This document shows, in pieces, positions 29,720 through 39,591 of a stretch of DNA of 64,000 nucleotides. The position numbers were made by a program, and so were the translations under genes. The DNA is taken from positions 1 through 64,000 of the forward strand of contig JBEGVH010000020.1 of NCBI GenBank assembly GCA_041178425.1. The letters are read 5' to 3'. Numbering within the stretch: the first letter of the stretch is position 1; every line of letters starts with the position of its first letter. This DNA is from Pseudomonadota bacterium (GTDB taxonomy: Bacteria > Bdellovibrionota > Bdellovibrionia > Bdellovibrionales > Bdellovibrionaceae). The notes below the pieces were generated by a model that worked only from the letters and a program-made list of their open reading frames with translations, was not told the origin of the DNA and ran no database searches.

Positions 29720-31036
29720 ATGAGAACAAACAACTCAGCCAAACTATATATTTTAAAAAATCTCGATGGTGTCCCCATCCGTCGTATTCAATCAACGAAA
29801 ACTTCTTTGGCTTTGGTTCAAAACAAAGTAACCAAGAGAATTGAGCTGTTGGAATCTGATTCAGACTTTTCAGAAACCCATTCTTTGCTCCAAACAATTG
29901 ACTGGGATGGAAAAAAACATTCGCAAGAACTAAAAAATATCGGAACTCTGACTCTGGCAACAGATGACTCTTTAGTGACTCTCGATCCGCGAAGAATTAA
30001 AGCCGATGAGGCAGACTTCCCGCTCGTCATGCAGTGGAGTTCTGGCGTTCATGGCGGTGTTATCAGCTTTTTGATGATTCTTGCTCTTTTAATTCCGGTT
30101 AAAAAAGTAATAAAAAAAGAAAAGCAAGAAGCACTGGTTACAATTGAACTCGAAAAATCAGAACCTCGTCCAGTGGCTAAGGAGATGACTCCTCCAAAGC
30201 CTCCTGCTGTTCAAAAAACCATCCCCGTGAAATCCAAAAAGGTGGCTCATGTTGTTCCTCGAAAAAACAAAAACAAACCTCTTTTGGTTAAACAAACAGT
30301 AAAACCAGTCACACGCAAGATGGTGGCAACTAAAGCACCCAAACAGTTTCAGAGACTTGGAACTCTCAGCGCCCTATCAAGTGCAATACAGGGTTCTCGT
30401 CAAGGAATGGGCTCAGGACTCCGTGGCTCAAACGGTGGAACCGGTGGCATTGGGCGTGGCGCTGGAGCTGGTCGCGGCAACGGAACCATGGGACGTGGTC
30501 GTGATTCTGGTGGCGGCTATGAGCAAGCCCTCTACGGACGTGGATTGATTGCCGGACAGGTCGGAGCTGGTGGCGGTGGTTTTGGTAGTGGATGGGGAGA
30601 AGGCTCGCGAGGATCTGGAGGTTACGGTACCAAAGGTAAAGGTGGCGGACATTCTGGCTACGGAACCTCGAAATTAGCAGGATCGGGATCGCCGCGCTTT
30701 AGCTATCCGGTTCGCGAAGATGCCGTGGTTGAAGGCGGACTCGATCGTGAGGCTGTGGATCTCGTAATTATGAAAAACCTTGGTCAGATTATTTATTGTT
30801 ATGAGCTAGGTCTGCAACAGCAATCAAATCTTAGGGGCCGAGTCGCCGTTGATTTCACCATTAATGGCAGCGGTCGCGTGAGTCATTGCTCGGTGGCAAA
30901 TAGCAGCCTTCGATCTGATAAGGTCGAAAATTGTATGATTAGCAAAATTAAAACTTGGAAGTTTCCTCAACCCGTTGGCGGCGTCAACGTTGATGTAAAC
31001 TACCCCTTCGCTTTACAGCGAGTTTCACAAAACTAA
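29720..31036 (+). CDS. TonB-like energy transducer with AgmX/PglI C-terminal domain (GltG-like)
   Basis: TM with S..H (SSGVHG), Pro/Lys then Gly-rich linker, GGLDR..IYCYE..L.GRV..F.I..G.V..WKFPQP.GG.V.V.YPF. Confidence 0.85.
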   Translation: MRTNNSAKLYILKNLDGVPIRRIQSTKTSLALVQNKVTKRIELLESDSDFSETHSLLQTIDWDGKKHSQELKNIGTLTLATDDSLVTLDPRRIKADEADFPLVMQWSSGVHGGVISFLMILALLIPVKKVIKKEKQEALVTIELEKSEPRPVAKEMTPPKPPAVQKTIPVKSKKVAHVVPRKNKNKPLLVKQTVKPVTRKMVATKAPKQFQRLGTLSALSSAIQGSRQGMGSGLRGSNGGTGGIGRGAGAGRGNGTMGRGRDSGGGYEQALYGRGLIAGQVGAGGGGFGSGWGEGSRGSGGYGTKGKGGGHSGYGTSKLAGSGSPRFSYPVREDAVVEGGLDREAVDLVIMKNLGQIIYCYELGLQQQSNLRGRVAVDFTINGSGRVSHCSVANSSLRSDKVENCMISKIKTWKFPQPVGGVNVDVNYPFALQRVSQN

Positions 31037-31045
31037 AAAGAGAGG

Positions 31046-32521
31046 TTGATCGTGAATCTATCAAAACCAAATCCTTTTTTGAAAACAGGTCTCGCAGGCC
31101 TCTTGGTGACACTCCTTGCTGCCTGTGGCAACCAATCATCCAAGTCGTTGGGTGACTACACTAAAATTAAAAACAAGATGGGCCCGGTGCATAACACTCC
31201 AAGCCCTGTTCAAACATATGTTCCTTCGAATCTTTATATGCTTGAGATCGACCGCACTACTTCAACAAATTTTGTTGTAGGCCAAAGAAATGTCGTGCGT
31301 TTTATGACAGCATTAAATCTTCCGGGAACAAGATATCGTCTTGTCTCAGGAGATCTTCCCCGTGGCGCAGAGCCATTAAAAGACCTCGGAAACGGTATTT
31401 GGGAATTCGCATGGACGCCGAGCCAAGAGCTCCTCCCGCAGAACGCCAATGAACCCATTCGAGGTGGCTTTCATGTGAATCTCGATATCTACGAAGTGAC
31501 TAACTCTCAGTCGGAAGCCCTCGTACCAACCTTGGCCACCAAGCGCACCATTGACTTTACGCTTATGCGATCGGGCGCTATACCGGAAATCGTAGAGATT
31601 GCTGGAATTGCCAATTACCCCCAAGTCACTAAATTGACAGAAGGAGACGTACTTAACTTAACCATCACCGTTAAAGATACTACGGCAACTCCTTCACAAA
31701 AGCCGCGATTAGTAACAATAGCCCTCCCCAATCGAATCTCTCAAGAACAGAGTAAAGTGAGTGGTCACGGTTTTCTCTTTTTAGAAACCGAGCCAATCAT
31801 GGTTAAAGCAGGGCTGTGGCAATTTAAGGCCTTCTTCGATACCAAAAATAACTCGGTTCCTGAGTTCAATGTTGAAGGGCAGCCCTCTTTAGCGCCATCG
31901 CTATTGGCGGATTTGGCGATTCAAGTGCTAAGTCCTAATCGCACTGTTTCTCCAGTTAAAACTTTGAGCTTTGATATCACCTATCGTCGTGAGCTCCTTA
32001 AGCCTAGTTTCAAAGCGAACCCTGAGGTTCAGTTGATTGCCCAAGGCTCAAGCTACGTTTACGAATTTGAGAGTTACTTACCATCGCCGATCGGCACTTT
32101 GGTCACCTATCTTTCAGAAGAAACCGTAAGGCTCCCAGGCAATCCCAAACTACTGTGCCGTAAACTGAGCAAATCGAATCAACACCAGAGCTGTAAGATT
32201 GAGTGGAAAATTCCTTGTTCATTGCAACCTGGCGATCAAGCACTCAAGGTCGTTGCGGCTGCCGAATACCAAGGCCAAAACACCTCTGGGGAACTTGTAA
32301 AAAAAGTATCCATCGTGGAGGGCAAAAAATGTGCCTCTACGAAACCAAAAATCAATAGCAATCCAGAAGTTCTACCCGCCCCTGCGTCTGAAGTTACAAC
32401 TCCCGAGAACAAAGGCGCTTCTGATCAGTCCCTTTTTAACCAACCCCTTAAGAAAAAACCAAAGGCTATTAAAAAACCTAAAAAACAAAGGGTTAGATCG
32501 AGTAACGGAGGTGTTCAATGA
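31046..32521 (+). CDS. Lipoprotein with Ig-like beta domains and basic tail
   Basis: Lipobox LAAC, beta-rich core, Lys-rich C-terminus. Confidence 0.65.
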   Translation: MIVNLSKPNPFLKTGLAGLLVTLLAACGNQSSKSLGDYTKIKNKMGPVHNTPSPVQTYVPSNLYMLEIDRTTSTNFVVGQRNVVRFMTALNLPGTRYRLVSGDLPRGAEPLKDLGNGIWEFAWTPSQELLPQNANEPIRGGFHVNLDIYEVTNSQSEALVPTLATKRTIDFTLMRSGAIPEIVEIAGIANYPQVTKLTEGDVLNLTITVKDTTATPSQKPRLVTIALPNRISQEQSKVSGHGFLFLETEPIMVKAGLWQFKAFFDTKNNSVPEFNVEGQPSLAPSLLADLAIQVLSPNRTVSPVKTLSFDITYRRELLKPSFKANPEVQLIAQGSSYVYEFESYLPSPIGTLVTYLSEETVRLPGNPKLLCRKLSKSNQHQSCKIEWKIPCSLQPGDQALKVVAAAEYQGQNTSGELVKKVSIVEGKKCASTKPKINSNPEVLPAPASEVTTPENKGASDQSLFNQPLKKKPKAIKKPKKQRVRSSNGGVQ

Positions 32522-33228
32522 AAACGCGTTCTTTTTTTCTCGTCATTGCCTGTCTGATTGGTTGTTTATTCACGCAAGTTCTGTTTGCTGCCGATTGGGA
32601 TTCATTAGGGTCTAGTAAAGCCCTCCTGAACAAAGCAAAGGCTCTCGATCCCGACAACAAAGTTCGAGTCGTACAAAAGCGAGCGGTCGACCGCGATCTG
32701 CGTTTTGAACTCAGTGGTCATTATGGCCTTCTAAACGGAGGAGACTCTTATGTTAAGACTCAAACCGGCGGAGCCCAGGTAGAGTTTCATATTAATCCCC
32801 GCTGGTCGGTCGGGTATCGCTACGACAACTACTTTAATGCTCTCACCACCGAAGGAGAGGCTATCTATAAGCAAACGGCGAATGCGATTGCCAATGGCAA
32901 TCAAGCCAGTTTGCCAGAAATCAATTTTCCATTGAGTTCACACTTAGCCACCATCAGTTGGTACCCCATCTATGGTAAATTGAACTTATTTGATAAAGCA
33001 ATCACCCAATTCGACCTGTATTTAGTCGCGGGTGCGGGTTCGATCTTTTTGGATTCTGGTGAACGTTCTGCCCTAACTTCTTACGGCGGGGGCGCCGGCT
33101 TGTGGTTTACTCAACACTTTATGGCTCGCATGGAAATGCGCTACCAAGGTTACAAAGATTCTCTTTATACTAGCGCACCCCAAGTGAATAACATGGCGAT
33201 GCACCTTAGTTTGGGATTCCTTTTATGA
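32518..33228 (+). CDS. Outer-membrane beta-barrel (GltA/GltB-like)
   Basis: Signal peptide; VVQKR, WYPIYGKLNLF, FDLYLVAGAG; C-terminal LGFLL. Confidence 0.8.
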   Translation: MKTRSFFLVIACLIGCLFTQVLFAADWDSLGSSKALLNKAKALDPDNKVRVVQKRAVDRDLRFELSGHYGLLNGGDSYVKTQTGGAQVEFHINPRWSVGYRYDNYFNALTTEGEAIYKQTANAIANGNQASLPEINFPLSSHLATISWYPIYGKLNLFDKAITQFDLYLVAGAGSIFLDSGERSALTSYGGGAGLWFTQHFMARMEMRYQGYKDSLYTSAPQVNNMAMHLSLGFLL

Positions 33229-34103
33229 AAAAAACTCTTTTAAAAAAAATAGGTCTCTGGGTTGGAGCCATCGTACTTTCGAGCGAAGCATCGTTCGCAG
33301 TGATCTCGTCAGAAAAGAAAATAATGGATGAGGCTCGTCAGGCTTACTCCAGTGCAAAATATGAGAAAGCTATTTCACTCTACAATCAGATTCCACAAAC
33401 GTCTGATTACTGGACATTAGCAATTGAGGAGAAAGCCTGGGCTTACCTTCAAAAAGGCGAAAATAATAAGGCTTTGTCACAAATCACCACTCTAACAAGT
33501 GATTTTCTGGCACCTCAAATTGGACCGGAGCCTTATTTTTTGAAAGGCCTCATCGATTATCGTTTGTGCAACATCAAAGGAATTTTTCAGGATTTTGAAA
33601 TGTTCCGCAAACGATTTAAAAATCGAAGCGAGCAACTTGAAAAATTAAAAGACACGACAGAAAATATAGCCTCGGCCAAAGCCATTGAAACTCTCAAAGC
33701 AAAGAGAGCTCAACTCAATGACCTCAAGGCTGATGATTTCGGTCAAAATATCCAGTTTCTTCCGCGCTTTTTTTATCGAGACTCTACGATTAAAGCCGCC
33801 GTTGAAACCCAAAGTGATCGACGAATTTCAATGCGCTTAGCTCAACTCGCAGAAAGAGAAAGTAAGGAGATTGAAGCGGTCCTTCAAAAAATGCATCTTC
33901 TCGAATCTCAAGTGGTTCAGCAGGTTTTTGCCTATAACAAGGAAATGCAGAAAAAGAGCGAGGCTCAATTTAGTAATGAAGATAAAAATAGTTTAGTTTT
34001 TCCATACAGGGGCCAAAATGATATTTGGCTTGATGAAATCGACAGTTTCGAGGCAGCGACGTCTGATTGTCCTGTTGACCCTCTGAAAGGAGCAACATTA
34101 TGA
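33225..34103 (+). CDS. TPR protein (GltC-like)
   Basis: YNQIPQTSDYW.LAIEEKAWA, PEPYFLK...LC, C-terminal FP..DIWLDEI...SDC. Confidence 0.7.
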   Translation: MKKTLLKKIGLWVGAIVLSSEASFAVISSEKKIMDEARQAYSSAKYEKAISLYNQIPQTSDYWTLAIEEKAWAYLQKGENNKALSQITTLTSDFLAPQIGPEPYFLKGLIDYRLCNIKGIFQDFEMFRKRFKNRSEQLEKLKDTTENIASAKAIETLKAKRAQLNDLKADDFGQNIQFLPRFFYRDSTIKAAVETQSDRRISMRLAQLAERESKEIEAVLQKMHLLESQVVQQVFAYNKEMQKKSEAQFSNEDKNSLVFPYRGQNDIWLDEIDSFEAATSDCPVDPLKGATL

Positions 34104-35224
34104 ATCTTGCCCCTCTAAAAACTTTAGGCTTTTTAGCACTAATGATATTTTCTATTAGCTGCGATCGAGCCAATAATCGCAGAATGACTCCACCTGAGAC
34201 TTATTCTCCCGTAGAGATTAAGAATGAAATCGCCGTTTTAAAAAATTCTAATGCGGTGGATATTTTGTTTGTCGTTGATAACTCCGAAACCATGGCTGTT
34301 CACCAGGCTAATCTTTCGGCGAATATCGACCATTTTGTGAAGTCTTTTGATTCTAACAAGAGTATTGACTATCACATTGGGATCGTTCCCATTTTTGATT
34401 CTGTTAGATATGGCTCAATCATCAAGACGTACAATCCTAATGGTTATCTATTACCGTTGAATGGCGAGACTGGAAAACTACCCAAATTCTATTACACCCG
34501 TGAGCATAATAATTTAAAGCTCTTGGCTAATAGTATACGCATAGGTGTTTTGCCACTGAAAGATAAAGCTGGAAATTATCAAGGCCCTGAGTTTGAGGAG
34601 ATTCTTTCTCCCATTTACGCTGCCTTCAACGAACCAGCCCTCTCCTCAATCAATAACAAAGGATTCTATCGGCCTGAAGCCCGATTGGCGATCATCATGA
34701 TTACCGATGCCGACGATGCAAGCCCTGGAATTTCGGGGAGCGATCTGGATTACTTTTTGAAAAATTTAAAGCAAGATCCACGCGGCGAAAAGATTTCTAC
34801 TTTTGGCGTTTTGGCGAGTCGAACAGATTGTGAAAAAGTCGATTATGGAATGATTGATAATGCGCAAAAGGTTATCGATTTTCTAGATGCTAGCCGTGGC
34901 GAAGCCCTATCCCTTTGCAAAGAAAACTTTGCGAATATGCTGACATCGATCGGAAAGCAGATTCAAAATAAGGTTCAACATCAAGACTTTTTGCTGCAAG
35001 GCGTACCTGAAATCGGCACCCTGACGGTGACGGTGGGCGGGCAAATTCTTAAACCAGGACCGCAAACGTGGTCTTATGACCCTAGCACCAACGTGATCAG
35101 CATTAGCTTTGTTCCTAAGAGCAGCAAAGCTGAGGATCGAACGGTAAGCATTAAGTACACACGCGTTAACATGCAGAATATTAAAAATGGTCGCGCCAAA
35201 CGGATTGGGCAAATTCGACAATAA
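34100..35224 (+). CDS. vWA-domain lipoprotein (CglB-like adhesin)
   Basis: Lipobox SISC; VDILFVVDNSETM (MIDAS-like); FYRPEARLAIIMITDADD. Confidence 0.78.
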   Translation: MNLAPLKTLGFLALMIFSISCDRANNRRMTPPETYSPVEIKNEIAVLKNSNAVDILFVVDNSETMAVHQANLSANIDHFVKSFDSNKSIDYHIGIVPIFDSVRYGSIIKTYNPNGYLLPLNGETGKLPKFYYTREHNNLKLLANSIRIGVLPLKDKAGNYQGPEFEEILSPIYAAFNEPALSSINNKGFYRPEARLAIIMITDADDASPGISGSDLDYFLKNLKQDPRGEKISTFGVLASRTDCEKVDYGMIDNAQKVIDFLDASRGEALSLCKENFANMLTSIGKQIQNKVQHQDFLLQGVPEIGTLTVTVGGQILKPGPQTWSYDPSTNVISISFVPKSSKAEDRTVSIKYTRVNMQNIKNGRAKRIGQIRQ

Positions 35225-35288
35225 CTGGGGTCACGAGGCCCTCAGGAAGCGTCTTTTCGGGCACTAAATCATTTTGCAATCTTTTAAG

Positions 35289-35319
35289 AAACCGACTATC
35301 GATGATAGTCGGTTTTTTT
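35289..35319 (+). terminator. Rho-independent terminator of the gliding operon
   Basis: AAACCGACTATC/GATAGTCGGTTT stem plus T-run. Confidence 0.85.
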
Positions 35320-35358
35320 GTTTCTATTTTTAATTAGACACACCAAAAGGGGCAACGG

Positions 35359-36900
35359 ATGGCAGTCACAACCGCACAACCAATTAACTCAAAGGGTGAG
35401 CTCTTTGGACACCCTAAAGGCTTATTCATTTTGTTCTTCACTGAAATGTGGGAGCGAATGTCATACTATGGAATGCGAGCCCTCTTGGTGCTCTACATGG
35501 CAAAGTATCTTCTTGTGGATCCAGAACGTGCGGCGCGAGTGACTGGTTTTAATTCCCTCAAAGGACTTCTCGAAACAGGCTTTGGCCCTCTCGATATTCA
35601 ACCCTTGTCTTCAGAACTCTATGGCCTCTACTCAGGCTTTGTTTACCTCTCGCCTTTTTTTGGAGGTATTCTCGCTGACCGCGTTTGGGGAAAACGCCGA
35701 TCCGTTTATATCGGCGGAGCTTTGATGGCGATCGGTCACTTTTTGATGGCTTTCGAGAGTCAGTTTTTATGGGCCCTGTTCTTTTTGATTTTAGGCAATG
35801 GTGCGTTCAAACCAAATATCTCTTCGCAAGTCGGAAATCTCTACGCTGACGATGACCCCCGTCGCGATGGCGCCTTCACTATTTTTTATATGGGTATTAA
35901 CCTTGGCGCCTTTTTCTCACCGTTTCTCTGCGATAACCTCGCCCAATGGATTTGCGGTAAGCTTGGTATGACAGATCCTGGCGCCGTTTGGCATATGGGA
36001 TTTAGTTTTGCGGGCGTGGGGATGTTACTGGGCATGCTTTTCTATCACTTCGGCCGCCACCACCTAGCACCCGAAAACGATATAAACTTAGCTCCAGTCG
36101 AAGAACGCACCAAGAACCTAGTTCTAACAACTCTTGGTTTTTTGGGTGCGATGGGTGGATTCTTTGGTTTATTGATGTTGCCGAACGGCCTTAAGATCGT
36201 CATGATTGCACTGATTGCGGCTGGCATCGTTTATAGTATCCGAAAGTTGCAAGACCCCATTGAGCGTTCAAGGGTGGCAGCATTAATCGTGCTGTGTATT
36301 GGGACGATTGCTTTTTGGGCTATCTTCGAACAACAAGGAAACACGCTCCAGTTGTGGGCCGATGAAAAAGCCGATTGGGCAACTCTTGGATTGCGCTCAA
36401 CCAACTATCAATCTTTGAACCCCTTAATGATCTTTATTTTTGCCCCCCTTCTTAGTGGTTGGTGGGAATCTCAAGCGCGCAAAGGCAAACAAAAAATGGG
36501 TTCGATCAAAAAAATGGCTATTGGCTGTTTCTTAGCGGGCGGTGCTTTTTTGGTGTTGTCGTTGGCAACGAAGGTGATCACCACCGATAAATCCATCGTT
36601 AACTTACTCTGGCTTGTTCTCACCACTTGGATCTTTACAATGGGTGAACTCTACCTTTCACCCATTGGTTTATCCCTGGTAACTAAAGTCTCACCTCCTC
36701 GATTACTTTCGATGATGATGGGCATGTGGTTTTTGTCTTCCTTTATTGGAAACTACTTAGCCGGACGCTTAGGAAGTTTGTATTCACAAATGTCGAACGA
36801 ATCGTTCTTCTTGTTGTTTGCTGTGCTCGGTATGATCGTGGGTGTGTTCTTCTTACTTTCGAACCAACGCCTGCAAAAGATCATCGGCACGGATATCTAG
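35359..36900 (+). CDS. POT/PTR proton-dependent oligopeptide transporter
   Basis: FGHPKGL, EMWERMSYYG, FKPN, FYMGINLG, GELYLSP. Confidence 0.95.
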   Translation: MAVTTAQPINSKGELFGHPKGLFILFFTEMWERMSYYGMRALLVLYMAKYLLVDPERAARVTGFNSLKGLLETGFGPLDIQPLSSELYGLYSGFVYLSPFFGGILADRVWGKRRSVYIGGALMAIGHFLMAFESQFLWALFFLILGNGAFKPNISSQVGNLYADDDPRRDGAFTIFYMGINLGAFFSPFLCDNLAQWICGKLGMTDPGAVWHMGFSFAGVGMLLGMLFYHFGRHHLAPENDINLAPVEERTKNLVLTTLGFLGAMGGFFGLLMLPNGLKIVMIALIAAGIVYSIRKLQDPIERSRVAALIVLCIGTIAFWAIFEQQGNTLQLWADEKADWATLGLRSTNYQSLNPLMIFIFAPLLSGWWESQARKGKQKMGSIKKMAIGCFLAGGAFLVLSLATKVITTDKSIVNLLWLVLTTWIFTMGELYLSPIGLSLVTKVSPPRLLSMMMGMWFLSSFIGNYLAGRLGSLYSQMSNESFFLLFAVLGMIVGVFFLLSNQRLQKIIGTDI

Positions 36901-37001
36901 GCAATCTAACCGTTTGTGTTAAAATCTCTCCATACTTTCTTGAATCTCCCTTCACATATCTGCTCTAGGGTGAGCTGGTCTTAATGAGGGAGGGGTTCAT
37001 C

Positions 37002-37199
37002 ATGGACGACACAAAATGGTTTTCACCAATAGTACGACAGCGGCTCACGTTAGCGCTTTTTCTTTCACTGTTTCTATTAGTTTATCTTAAGCTGAGGGCT
37101 GCACCGATCTTGCAAACCTCGGTTCCGATCAACGACTCCATAGATTTTATGGTGTACGCTCAAGAGTCTGAGGTAATTGATCTCGATTTTACAAATTAA
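37002..37199 (+). CDS. Small hypothetical membrane/secreted protein
   Basis: GGAGGGG RBS before ATG 37002 and a hydrophobic helix; no family recognised. Confidence 0.4.
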   Translation: MDDTKWFSPIVRQRLTLALFLSLFLLVYLKLRAAPILQTSVPINDSIDFMVYAQESEVIDLDFTN

Positions 37200-37255
37200 G
37201 TTCCGATTTTCGTTCTTCGAATAAATAAGCAGCGCATGGGCACCGGGGGGAACTC

Positions 37256-37651
37256 ATGAATCTGGAAAAAAAGCGCGTGAACGTATTAACCGTGCTTAAT
37301 GTGTTCGCGCAGCAGACATCAGAAAAAGCCATGAGAGAATTGGTTACTTTATTTCTCTCACGCACGCCTCCCAAATTAGAACAACTGAACAAAGCGATCG
37401 ATGATTTGGATTTTTTGTTGATCGAGCAAGTGTGCCATCACCTAAAATCGAATTGTGGTTTCCTAGGTCTGCAATCACTGCAAGACCTTTTGGTTCAACT
37501 CGAGGCTCTCGCAATAAAACGCGACGCCACTTTGTTTCATCAAATAAAAAGAGATCTTCAGTTGCAGTTCGACGACTACGCTCTGATCCTCAACGATGTA
37601 TTACAAATAAGAAAGGAGTCCTCTCAACATGAATCAAATCCTAGCTATTGA
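37256..37651 (+). CDS. Stand-alone HPt domain protein
   Basis: CHHLKSNCGFLG..L..L...LE HPt signature. Confidence 0.8.
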   Translation: MNLEKKRVNVLTVLNVFAQQTSEKAMRELVTLFLSRTPPKLEQLNKAIDDLDFLLIEQVCHHLKSNCGFLGLQSLQDLLVQLEALAIKRDATLFHQIKRDLQLQFDDYALILNDVLQIRKESSQHESNPSY

Positions 37652-38369
37652 CGATTCAGAAGAAGTATTACTCGCCATTGAGCATTCTTTGGGTTTTCAG
37701 TTCAATGTAACGAAAGCTCGAAGTATCCATGAGGCCAAAGACGCTCTCGCGAAGAAGCCATTTGACCTAATTATTCTGGATCTTGGGCTGCCGGATGGTG
37801 ACGGACTCACACTCTGTGCTTCACTCAAGAATGATCCCGAAACGAAAAAAGTGCCGCTGATCATGCTCACCGGAAAGCATCAAATCGAAGACAAAGTGCT
37901 AGGTTTTACCGCCGGTGCTGATGACTATGTGGTGAAGCCTTTTCACCCGCAAGAGCTTAAACATCGCATAGAGGCCAGGCTACGAGAGGTTCAGCATAAA
38001 AAAAGAGAGAGTGAAATCTTTAAAGTTGGTGATTTAACCTTTGATGTAGCTAAACAAAGAGTGATTATCGACAAAAAAGATGGCTCAGAAACGGTATCGC
38101 TCACCACCCTGGAGTTCCGCATCTTGCTCTTCTTTGCCCGTCGCCGTGAGCAAGTGCTATCGCGCTCTCAATTGCTGGATTCTGTGTGGGGCGGCGATAT
38201 CAATGTGTACGATCGCACCATCGACACGCACATAAGCCATATTCGCAAAAAGATTGGCAATAGTGAGTGGAAGATCGAGTCGGTGCATGGTGCTGGCTAT
38301 CGCTTGGTGCGCAATCCAGTGAAAGTGGTCACACCCATTACTCTTTCGGCATCGATGCCATTGCTGTAG
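37629..38369 (+). CDS. OmpR/PhoB-family response regulator
   Basis: ILDLGLPDGDG, GADDYVVKPF, winged helix RTIDTHISHIRKKI..GAGYRL. Confidence 0.95.
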   Translation: MNQILAIDDSEEVLLAIEHSLGFQFNVTKARSIHEAKDALAKKPFDLIILDLGLPDGDGLTLCASLKNDPETKKVPLIMLTGKHQIEDKVLGFTAGADDYVVKPFHPQELKHRIEARLREVQHKKRESEIFKVGDLTFDVAKQRVIIDKKDGSETVSLTTLEFRILLFFARRREQVLSRSQLLDSVWGGDINVYDRTIDTHISHIRKKIGNSEWKIESVHGAGYRLVRNPVKVVTPITLSASMPLL

Positions 38370-38380
38370 GTTTTAGTTCT

Positions 38381-39028
38381 TCAGCCAAATTGCCCGCGGG
38401 GGTTATGAACATAAGTCGCTGATTCTAGGTCGCAGCCGCGGGTATTGTAATCAGAATAGTCTTCGGCGGTGCCGTCATCAACGGTGATGCTAACACTCGA
38501 CGCGGTTGATTGACCAAATTTTAGAACTACCGTCGATTGAATCGTTGAGTCGCTCGCAGAGTCATGACGTTCGCAAGTGATGGTGCCCGATATGGGTAGG
38601 CACTTCGATGTATTCGAAACCCCAAAATCAAAAACCACATTAGCAAAACTGCATGCATTCAAGGTGCCATCGTCCTCGGTTACCTTAACAACACCTGAGT
38701 TGATTGTTTTAGAGACCAAAGCGCCACTCGAGGCATTTCGAAGAACCGTTACATTGAGGGGGCTCCCACTCTCCACAACAACCGTTGAGGTGGTTGTGGC
38801 TGTATTGCCATTGCTTCGAGTAAATGTTTTTTGTCGAGTCACCGAGCTTACGATTGTTTTCACAATCGATTTGTTCGAACTCACGGTGGTTGGTGCGGCA
38901 AAAGTGACCGTTCTCGACCCAGATACAAGAACATCATCGGTCACGCTTCGAGTAACCGTTCCAGAAGCCCGAGCGACCTGAATGGTTTTAGTTCTATTGA
39001 TCGTACGATCAAGGGTGACCCCGAGGCT
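38381..39028 (-). pseudogene. 5'-truncated remnant of a beta-rich secreted protein or lipoprotein
   Basis: The frame stays open and beta-strand-like upstream of the track's GTG (SLGVTLDRTINRTKTIQVARASGTVTRS) until a TAA at 39031-39029. No signal peptide, RBS or ATG. Confidence 0.55.
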
Positions 39029-39094
39029 TTACTTAATTATTTGATCGAATTAATTCCATGAAAAGGCTAAAGCTAACTTCTAGACCTCAAAACG

Positions 39095-39508
39095 TTATTT
39101 AGATAATTTTGAAATTTCAGAATCATGACATTTTGATTTCATTTGGGCCCTTAGAACCTCGATAGTCTTAAAATTCGCCATCTGCTTTTCAGCTAAACCC
39201 AACTTTTCACCTTGAAGAAGAGTTGTTTGATTCTGAACCATTCCAATCTGCACAGCCATTTGCTGGCAGTTATTTTTTTTCTGGCAAGCGGTTGTTATTT
39301 CAGCTAAATACTTTTGGTTACCTTCAAGTTGCTTTGTAAGCTCTTTGATTCGACCCTCAAGTGCTAAACCATCATTTGATTCAATATTAATTCGTTTTTC
39401 CATGGCTACACATTCTGCATTTTTGGTTAGATCTTTATTTTTCGATACTCCCATTAGCGTAAAATGAATTACGAATAACATAAGTAGACTCGTTTTGTTT
39501 TTTTTCAT
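39095..39508 (-). CDS. Hypothetical secreted coiled-coil protein with four Cys
   Basis: Basic and hydrophobic N-terminus, heptad pattern, AT-rich codons. Start uncertain (39508, 39514 or 39526). Confidence 0.55.
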   Translation of the reverse strand: MKKNKTSLLMLFVIHFTLMGVSKNKDLTKNAECVAMEKRINIESNDGLALEGRIKELTKQLEGNQKYLAEITTACQKKNNCQQMAVQIGMVQNQTTLLQGEKLGLAEKQMANFKTIEVLRAQMKSKCHDSEISKLSK

Positions 39509-39526
39509 AAACATTAAACCTTTCAT

Positions 39527-39562
39527 AAATAAAGAGGGCCAGTAAACTGGCCCTCTTTATTT
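39527..39562 (-). terminator. Strong hairpin terminator after the 662-aa lipoprotein
   Basis: AAATAAAGAGGGCCAGT / ACTGGCCCTCTTTATTT perfect inverted repeat. Confidence 0.85.
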
Positions 39563-39591
39563 TAACTTAGCTAATTTATAAGTGAAGAAAA

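Noticed and set aside
30380..30700. Collagen-like or tandem DNA repeat in the Gly-rich stretch
   Set aside because: It is the usual low-complexity linker of TonB/GltG-like proteins, with no strict G-X-Y or nucleotide periodicity.
39440..39508. Lipoprotein call for the 39095 ORF (LMGVSKNK resembles LxGC-SKN)
   Set aside because: There is no Cys at the lipobox position, and the GTA codon is not one substitution from TGT or TGC.
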